From Batkoa obscura (lineage: Eukaryota): DNA of 64,000 bases. A model generated the notes under the pieces. The model made no database searches. It saw only the letters and a list, made by a program, of their open reading frames with translations, and was not told the DNA's origin. The translations under genes were made by a program, and so were the position numbers. Below are positions 54,687 to 64,000 of this stretch, piece by piece (position 1 is the first letter of the stretch; each line of letters starts with the position of its first letter). The stretch is from assembly GCA_030770535.1 (NCBI GenBank), contig JASVEC010000025.1, forward strand, positions 558,001 through 622,000. The letters run 5' to 3'.

Positions 54687-55913
54687 TTATAAGCTTTTAA
54701 TAAATTTAGAGTAATGAATAGATTCTTGGCCTTCAGCTTTGAAGTTAAAGTCTTTCTTTTCGATGTTTTCAAGTGCATTTAGCTCAAAAGCATCATTATA
54801 GTCTAATAAAAATTAATATATCAAATTAGTCAAAATAGATTTATCTTACTTGATTTATCTGAACCCAATTCGCTAATCTCTTGTTTTTTAACAATTCTGT
54901 AATATATAGTTTTAAATGCTAAATGTACGCTTGGATCCAGGAGAAACGCAATAAAATTAAGAGTTCCTAAAAGCCCACCGGAAATATATGCAAATGTATC
55001 TGCCCCTGGAGAAATCTTGCCGTCAAAATCATAAATCGATTTGGTCAATACTAACCCGAGATGAGTGAAAATCATAATTATAGGATATAATAAACTAAAT
55101 TCTACTTTAATATACTTAAATAAATTAGTATAAATTTTACATTCTTGAGGCAAATAGCTTGATATTTTTGATAGCTTCAGGCGATTGGCTCGCATCTATT
55201 GTGACTTTTTGCTCTTTTATTAAATTTAATCCTTGGTATATTTTACCAATAACTAAGCCCACAACAATCAGTAAATAAATCATACAAATAATCATGACCA
55301 GGTTGTTTGCATAAAAGTTAAACATTCTAGCATATTGTTCATCATTAGTGGCAATAAAACACTTATTAGCCTTACTATATCCAAACAATCCCATTGCTAA
55401 ATAGAATGAATTAATAAAAATATAGGTATATTAGGATATGGTTGTACCAAGTGGTGGAATAGTAATCAATAAAGTAAGTAAAATAGACCCAACCCAATAA
55501 CACGCTTCAATTTTCCATGTTACATTAATTCCATGTATAAAAATTAACTGCAAGTTGATTCCAATACAAACATTTAGGAAACAATAGTATAGCGGAAGGG
55601 CTACACCATGATAACCAACAAATGTACAAAAGGGTGATCCTTCATAATTAAATCGGCCAAGCCATAATGGGATAGAATGAAGCCAAATGTCATAACATGA
55701 GATAGCAGTCTGTAGTCTAAGAGTTACTCTATCAACCAGCTTACGATCGTATATTGCTATTTATTTTTAGTATATTTTAATAAAAATTATACTGTATTTA
55801 CATATTAGTATCATTGTCAATACGAGTAGCGATGCTGCAACAAGTGAAATCTTTGTTAACACTGGATAAATCTCTTTTCTTGTTACACTATGTATATACT
55901 CAGCTGTACTCAT
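54687..55913 (-). CDS. 7TM receptor paralogue G3 (5 exons)
   Basis: The first 646 bp are essentially identical to G2; the 3' half is distinct. Confidence 0.8.
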
Positions 55914-56278
55914 ACTGTTGAATAAAATAAAACAAACTTAATCTTATTTTTTTGCTTATATACTTTATAAAATGCACTATTTATTAGCTTTTAATTTATG
56001 TTTATTTGTTTATTTGGTTAGGTTTTACTAATACAGGTTATTCAATGTTCGAGTTATCTCACTTGATAAAAACAGGTTTTTCTTAGATAATAACGTATCA
56101 CACAATATCTTACTTTTTTCATAAATTGTTATTAAAAGGTATGTTTTACATTTAAGCAATTCAATAAAGTGTTTGTTTAAAATCAATTAATTATATATTT
56201 TTAGTTGAGATTATGCATAAGTGGTTAGTGGGATGCTATACTTCTTTACAAGACAAACTATAACTAAATTTTCCAAAT

Positions 56279-56374
56279 GGGGGCGTCTTTTTCGGTTACA
56301 CCACTTTTTACATTTTTTAAATGCTATTAAATAGAAAAAATATCGGTAAATTTCTTAAACAAAAAAACATCCCC
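56279..56374 (+). mobile_element. Sola2-family MITE (diverged)
   Basis: Consensus match; TSD AAAT/AAAT. Confidence 0.75.
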
Positions 56375-57116
56375 AAATGTTTTTTTTGGTACCACTTTTA
56401 TTTCATCTTAACCTAGAATTTCACCGAACCAAATAATTTTGTCCAATTTTATTTTATTTTATAAAAATGAGAACTATGCTTTTTTATTATTATTTCAATA
56501 CAAAATTTGAACCTACATTTGATATGCTTGAGGAGTATTGGTATTATTTCAGAATAATGTGTATTTGAAGCTTCTTTTTTTGATTTTAATACTTCATGTA
56601 CTTAATCACATTTCCATTACACTAGGATTAAATTTATTAAATGTTTTTAAGAAATTGTCCAATTTACTGTATCATAGGTGTAATTTACTTAGTCTGTATT
56701 TTTTTACTTTTTTGTTTGTGTTAATAAAACGTAATTAACCGATTCTGGTTTAAACTAGTTTTATTAAACTGTGACTTATCTATTTACAGCTGCCAAAATT
56801 CAAATGTATAATGTATTTAGCAAATTAAATTTAAACGTAAATTGGGCATTTTGATTTTGTATTTGTTGAAAATAAAGATGAAAAATTACTATAAACTAAT
56901 TTATCAAATATAAAATATAAATGCTTGGCTTATGTTTAAATTTAATTTGGTAAGAGCATTGTACATTTGAATTTAACAGTTATAATCAAAATTGCATATC
57001 TATGTTTAAATTGTATAAACAATAAATTTCGAAAATACAAGTTTGTTAACTGGATCCATAAAAATATAAATGCACAAACAAATACACCTGTCTCAGCTCT
57101 TTTGCGACCTAATTCC

Positions 57117-57320
57117 AGCTGGTCCAGCTCAATTCCAAAATAAATAGTGATGATTTTTAAAGTTAGCCATTTAAGCAGTTGATTTGCATTTAAGTTTATA
57201 GTGCTAAAATAAAAAATTATTTATAAATAAATATAATTTGGTATGCTACTATTTTGATTACTATTATTGCTGGTATCTTGTCTTTGCATTGATAATATCA
57301 AATTATTATTTATTAAAAAC
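57117..57320. repeat. 204-bp inverted repeat, right arm
   Basis: Reverse complement of 53976-54179. Confidence 0.9.
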
Positions 57321-57964
57321 TAATTTATAATATCTATATTTTTTTAAATAATAACATAAAAATTATCTTTATAATAAGAGCAGTTATATAAAACATTATT
57401 ATTAAAATTAATACTATAAATAGTTTTTTATTTTAATTATACAATAAAACATTTAAAAAAATTAATAATAAAGCTATCAACCATTTAAAACATTTAATAA
57501 AAAAAGATTTTATAGTCTTTAATTAATTAAATAGCTAAACAGTGCTAAAATGTTCTATATTTAATTAAATCATGCTTTGATTACCAGTGATAATAAAAAA
57601 GTCATAAATAATATATTATCTTTATAACAAAATAAAGGCAATAATAAAATTATAATTTAAAACTGATTTTAAACTAATAGTTTTAAGCTTTTGATAATAA
57701 TTAATAGCATTATAAATTAAAATATTTATGTTAATACTTTAACTAATGTTTCTAATTTTTAATTTATAAAATTATTTATTATAACTGATAAAAACTCTAT
57801 ATTTTTAAAAAATAAAGCTATTTGTAATATTAATAAATATTTTAAATAATAAATTTATTAAATTTATAGTTTTAAATATAAACCTGCTTAAAATTTAGAT
57901 TTGTGAAATATTGCATTACTAGCTTTATAATTGATCATAAAAATAATTTTGCTATCAAAAGTTA

Positions 57965-58215
57965 TGTGAAAGTTGGTACTCAGCGGTAGGAGTTAAAAAG
58001 CCTCGAGTTATCATGTTGAAGAATCTCTTTTATACTCCAACAAGTATGGATACCAAAACGAGAAGATATTATTCCTTGCAATGTGAAGTTAGAAATTCTC
58101 GCAGCAAATCAAAATAAGGGACTCTGAATTAATTGTATTTGAACTTGAGAACACAGCAACTTAAGTGATTGTTGTGTTATAATCAATTCGAGAGCTAATA
58201 AACCAATATTTCACA
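57965..58215 (-). mobile_element. Internally deleted solo-LTR-like element
   Basis: TGTGAAA...TTTCACA with perfect 4-bp TSD GTTA/GTTA. Confidence 0.8.
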
Positions 58216-58337
58216 GTTATCATGTTTTTAAATTCAGGCGTAATTAATCCAGAGTTTTTATTTAAATCTTCTATAAAAATTTATACCACTGTGAAATATC
58301 GCTTCATTAGCTCTAGGATTGATTATAATATAATAAT

Positions 58338-59970
58338 CAATTCTGAGTTCCTTATATAGGGGTGTCTGAATTGATTTCATTTTTATTCAATTTTTAAATA
58401 TCTTACATTTTAAAAGCTTTGCTTAAAATTCTATAAAAATAAATTCCTTATTAAAAGCCAAAAGTACCCGACACAGTTTTAAATTATTTTGTTATAATTT
58501 ATATTGTTAATTAGCGGAATTTCTATCAAATTTAATAGGAATTCCCATATTAGTAAGTCTTTTACCAATATAGCCTATATAGTGATATTAATCAAAGTTG
58601 TAATATGTAGATAAATATACATTTTTATATAATTTTATTAAGAAATATTTATTATTAACTACTTTATAGCCAACATTGCAGATTTGCTATCAAATGAATA
58701 AATTATTTTAATGTTATAATTACATTGTTAATATATCGCTAAGTTAATAAATAGCTGCATGGGAGGGAGTGGTTAGCCTCAAAACTATAATTAACCATCC
58801 CTATGTAATACAAGCAGTATAATAATAGTTTTTACTTATCATTACAACTACTTGCTCTTTGACTATTTATTAACTTAGCTATCAATAATTTAAGTAATAT
58901 CAACATTTAATAATTGATTTCTATCATCTAATAAGCTACTTACTTGCTTACTAAATATTGAAACTTTTAAATTTTCAGTTATTTTTGTAAGATAAGCTGG
59001 GGTTAATCTTCTAATTTTTCTATCCCCTATAGACTCTATAACTTTAATTGGAATTATGTCCCTTTTCTTTGATCTATCAGATACTGGATAACAGTGTAGT
59101 TTATTACCACGTTTAACAAAATGTAAATACTTTTTAATACCTTTTATTTTTATTATTATTATTGTACCTTTGTTTCTTTCATACTTTTTAAAAATTATAT
59201 TTATTTGCCCATTATTGACAGTTGAGTTATTGACTCTATTATGTTCACAAACAAAAATCTCAAATTTTGAAATTAATTGATCAATATTGATCAATATTGC
59301 TTTATCAGCGCTCTCGGATTAATTATGACATAATAATCATTTAACTTGTTTACAAAACTAGTTGTAGTCTTGTAATCAATTTAACCGTGAACCATGTGGT
59401 ATAATCAATCCGGAGTTCCTTGTTTTGATTTGCTGTGAGAATTTCTAACTTCACATTGCAAAGAGTATAAAAGAGATTCTTCAACATGATAACTCAAAGC
59501 TTTTTAACTTAATTACTCCCTAATATCGTACCATTAATAAAGCCACTAAGTCTTTCTGACAACGTCTCACGTAGATTTTACAGTAGTATCTTCTATTCTA
59601 TTTGTTTTACATAGTTCGTAGCTTATTATGTATTACTCCTGTTAAGTTAAGTCTATCTCAGTTACATAAACTAAGATCGTTCGACTCAAGGCAAGTTAAT
59701 CAAGCAAGAACTACTTTTGACTCCAATCACTGAGTACTAACTTTCACAAACATACAATTAAAAAAAATAAAAAAAATAAAAAAAATAAAATAAGTCTTTT
59801 GAGTTAAATTTTTATATTTAATTTTAAGCTTTTTAAATTTAGCTAATCATACATTAAAGACTTACAAATTTAAAAACTCAAAATTTGGTTTCATCACTTT
59901 TTCGATCTTTTAAGCGCCATTTGAGCGGAAAGATTGTTGGTAAAATTCTTAAACATAAAAATATATCCTC
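58338..59970 (-). mobile_element. Deleted Sola2-like copy S5 ending in a MITE terminus
   Basis: Sola right TIR at 58338, 3' transposase remnant 58890-59290, LTR ~59293-59748, partial MITE 59886-59970. ATAT on both flanks. Confidence 0.8.
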
Positions 59971-60702
59971 ATATTTTATTTTTTTATGACTTGTGAGTTT
60001 TTATTATAATGAAAAATAAAGTTATAAAAAATGCTTTTATTGATATTTATTTTATAGATGTATATTTTTTAGACTTTTTTATATCTTACATAATTTGTTA
60101 AAAATCACACTAATATTCATATTCTTGAATAGTTTTTTTATAATGATAAATAATATGATTATAATTTTGAATAGTATAGATATATTTTTAAGTAATATCG
60201 ATATAATTATGAATAGCTTTATAAATTTAATTTTACATTATTATTAAACTAAAATAATCCTAAGTAATTTTTATTCTATTTTAAACTTTATTATTTAATT
60301 TAAATAGTTTTATTACACTAGGTTATTATTTATATTTTTGAATAACTTTTTATAATTCTAAATAATGTAGTTGTATTTTTAAATAATATAGATATAATTA
60401 TAAATAACTTTGTAAACAAAAAAAGATGTCCCTATATGAAAATGACCAAAGAACCAGCATAAGTTCTAAATATAAAATAGGATAAATGATTAACTACTAG
60501 ATGAGGATTATAAACTTTTGATAACTTTATATCAGTTAATGTTTGGCTTTCAGTCACACTATCAAAATTTTTACTGTGGTTATATTCAGTTGCGTTCAAT
60601 TTAAAGGTATCATCACGGTCTATTCAAAGTCAGTACATTATTTTGTAAAAAAGTTAAAAAGAATTACTTAACTTAATTCATTGGACTTCGATCCGTTAAT
60701 CT

Positions 60703-61745
60703 CTACTTTTCTATAGCTCTATAATATATTACTTTGAGTGCATGGTGAATAGTTGGATCACAGAAAAATGCAATAAAATTAAGAGTTCCTAACAATCTAC
60801 CTGCGGTATGTGATACAACCTCTAATTCGTGAGAATCAATATCGGTAAAATAAACTACTATTTGATTTATTACTAACCCAATGTGGGAAATGATCATAAT
60901 GGTAGGATATAATACGCTAAAAGCTCACGTTAATATGGCAACATATATTTACAAAATACCTTACATCCTTGAAGCAAGTAGCTTTATACTTCTGATACCT
61001 CTGGTTGATCGATTAGCATCTATAGTTATTTTTCCCTCTTTTTTAAAATTTAGTCCTTTAAACAGCCTGATAACGACGAACACCACAACTATTAATAAAT
61101 AGGCCATACAAATCATTATAATAAAAGCATTTGTGAAAAAATCAAACATTTTAGCATAATTTTTATCCTCGATGGTAATAAAACATCTTTTATAGCTACC
61201 ATATCCAAACAACCCTGTTGCTAAATAATATTGTATTAGCCTAAAGTTGTGGATAAATTAAGCTAAAGTAATACCAAGTGGAGGAAGTGTAATTAATAAA
61301 GTGAGTAAAAGAGCACCAATCCAATAACCAAGTTCAATTTCCTTTGTTATATTAATACCATGTAAAAAAATTAATTGAAAATTAATTCCAATAGCAGCAT
61401 TAAGGAAACTATAATACAAAGGAAAGAAGGATAGCTGAAAACCTATAAATGTGCATAATGGAGATCCTTTATAATTATATGGACCCGACCATAACGGTAA
61501 AGAATGCAACCAAATATCATACAATATAATACCAGTTTGCAACCTGAGAGTTACTCTATCGACTAGCTTATAATCATATATTGCTATTTTTATATTAAAA
61601 TGTTGTGTTAATTAATAGATAGTTTATAAAACTTACTTAATGTAATCATAGTAAGCACAACTATGACAGCTAATACTAAGGATACTTTTGACATTGCTGG
61701 GTAAACTTCTTTAGCTATATACTTTGCATATTCAACTACACTCAT
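60703..61745 (-). CDS. 7TM receptor paralogue G4, C-terminal tail apparently disrupted
   Basis: Same motifs and exons as G2/G3. TAG just after TM7/helix 8, with a remnant last exon at ~60500-60620. Confidence 0.7.
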
Positions 61746-62285
61746 ATTAACTAAAAAATTCTTCTATTTAAAGATAATATTGATTCTATTTATACATTTC
61801 TATCTTATTTTTTATCCTTTAGTTTTTTTAGAAATAAATACAAAAATAGCAGATTTATTTAATAAAGCATGTTTAATTTTCATTATTTTTGTTCCAACTA
61901 GCTCAGTTGACAACAACCAGTTTATTATTTTAAAAATTTGCGCCACATTTTAGCCATAGTTTTATTGATTAAAGTTGTAAAGAAAGTATTACTACTGGTC
62001 CAATTTAAACATGGATTGGTCATCATCAATTTTTTATTTGGTAAGTATAAAAATAGAAATTGTTATGATAATTGAATTCAGCCAATATAAATAAAAAATG
62101 CTCAACTACATTTAATTTATTTTTGTGGTATCATTAAGTTTTTTAAATAGAACATGAATGTTGATATAACTACTTAAACAGGATTTAAAAGAATTGGATT
62201 CGAAAAAAAAGTATATAAAGGATATAATAAAATAAATTGAGATTATAGATATAAAGTAGTCTTAAAATTCAATTTGGCTCAAAAC

Positions 62286-63520
62286 ATGAGCGAGGATCCC
62301 TTTTCAGTATATATCAGAGTAGAAGTATACCCAGTAATGTCAAAAATTTCAATTACCTTTGCTTCACTAGCGGTGCTGACAATGATAGCATTATGTAATT
62401 TATAAAATCGTTTAATTTAAAACAGATTAAAAATAAATAGCAATATACGATTTTAAATTAGTTAATAGGGTAACGCTTAGGTTGCAAACTGCTATTTCAT
62501 GCTATGATATCTGGTTACATTCTGTCCCGCTTTGGGCTCGTGTACATGCTACTCCTGAATCAATCCTATGCCCTTTTATTGGCTACCAGGGTGTGGCTTT
62601 TCCTTTACTTTATTGCTTTCTTAATGTTGCTATTGGAATCAATTTACAATTAGTTTTTATACATGGGATTAAAACAACGAAAAAAATTGAAGCAGCTTAC
62701 TGGATTGGATCCATTTTACTTACTCTAATAATTACTGTTCCACCGCTTGGTATATTTATATTTTATGAACTTATAAATTTATATTAATATAATTTATACA
62801 GCTATGGGGTTGTTTGGATATAGTGATTTCAATGGATGTTATCTCAAAACAGATGATGAAACTTTTGCTAGAACATTTCATTTCTTTACCAATCCTTTAG
62901 TTATGTTTACTTGTATGGCTTATTTATTAATCGTTGTGATTTTGGTGTTGATAAAATTATATCGTGGATTAACTATAACAGAAGAGCAAAAACTGGCAAC
63001 AGACAATAGCCGATTGCTTGAAAGTATCAAACATATTAAGCTACTTGCTTCTAGAATGTGAGGCTTTATATTGTTATATGTAAATTACTAAAATAGATTT
63101 AGATTATTATATCCGATAATCATGATATTCACTCACATTGGCCTAGCATTAGGCAAAGCGATCTATGATCTCAGTGGTGCTGACTTTCCAGGATTAGATA
63201 TTTTTACCTATATTACTTTGGGAATGCTAGGAACACTTAATTTTATCGCTTTTTGTTGTGATCCTACTATGCATTCAGCAGTTGAGGAAGCCTATTTGAG
63301 GTTTGTTGGTAGGAAAAGGTCTTGTGATAGCACAGATATTGCGAGTAGCTTTGTATAAGGATAAGTATGAACAAATTTACTTAATTTTAGATAATAGAAG
63401 GTTAAACTTTTTTACTGTCAATATCAACTTAGATTATTTAACGGTTTAGATTCTTCATCACTTAAGCCAGAAGAAGCTTATAAAAAATGGCTAAAGCATT
63501 TATTCGAGTTTTATAGTTAA
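62286..63520 (+). CDS. 7TM receptor paralogue G5 (last exon possibly frameshifted)
   Basis: NRVTLRLQTAIS, CPFIG, GINLQ and LNFIAFCCDP; same exon layout. Confidence 0.75.
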
Positions 63521-64000
63521 TTTAAATACTATGCCCTGAAAAAATGCTCCTAGATTAGCAGTTAACTTTAAACACTATTTCTCAGAGACTAGTAGTTAAA
63601 AATTTATTGCTTTTTCACATGTATATTTTTTACATACCTATTAATTCATATATAAATATTAGTTTTATTGATCAAATATTGGATACAATATTATAGTTTA
63701 TTTAAACAATAAAAATTGAGTTGGCTACTGATTCACATTTTTGAGAATATTAATTTTTATTATTATTTATCCATATTGAACGGTTTGGTTTATTGAAAAC
63801 AGTTTAAGAATTTGAAAAAAATCAATATATGTAATACCTAAAGAAAGTTTGAAGATTTAGAAGATATGAAAATACTGTAATGGGGAAGTCAGGTTTTTCA
63901 CTACTTCAAAAAGTAAGGCAAACTGCGCTTCTTTAAAGGTTTATTCACACTTCTTTGGCCTGTTCAAGGTTTAAACTTTGGACTTTGGATGAGGAGGAAC

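Overview
Very AT-rich eukaryotic DNA with short (~45-60 nt) spliceosomal introns. Gene content and architecture suggest an early-diverging fungus, possibly Entomophthoromycotina (inference). Host genes: a DUF1640/CCDC90-like protein, a histone-fold DPB3/CHRAC-like protein, NSE1, a BRCT-domain protein with 22-aa repeats, a class-A-like GPCR, a Pro-rich GPI-type surface protein, enolase, an RhlG-like SDR plus its pseudogene, a fungal TF middle-homology-region protein, an AidB-like acyl-CoA dehydrogenase, a decayed ABCB/MDR transporter and five paralogous 7TM receptors. Three repeat systems are interleaved with these genes. (1) A Sola2-like DDD transposon (5 copies) and at least 25 copies of a ~98-bp MITE with the same GRG...CYC ends and variable 4-bp TSDs. 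(2) TGTGAAA...TTTCACA solo-LTR-like elements, found mostly inside the Sola copies. (3) Non-coding ~1.3-1.6 kb foldback palindromes. The most striking pattern is near-identity between inverted arms at every scale (MITE ends, MITE pair, 997-bp composite TIRs, 646-bp receptor halves). Dead sequences also carry apparent CpA>TpA, RIP-like damage. All family calls come from reading motifs by eye; no searches were run.
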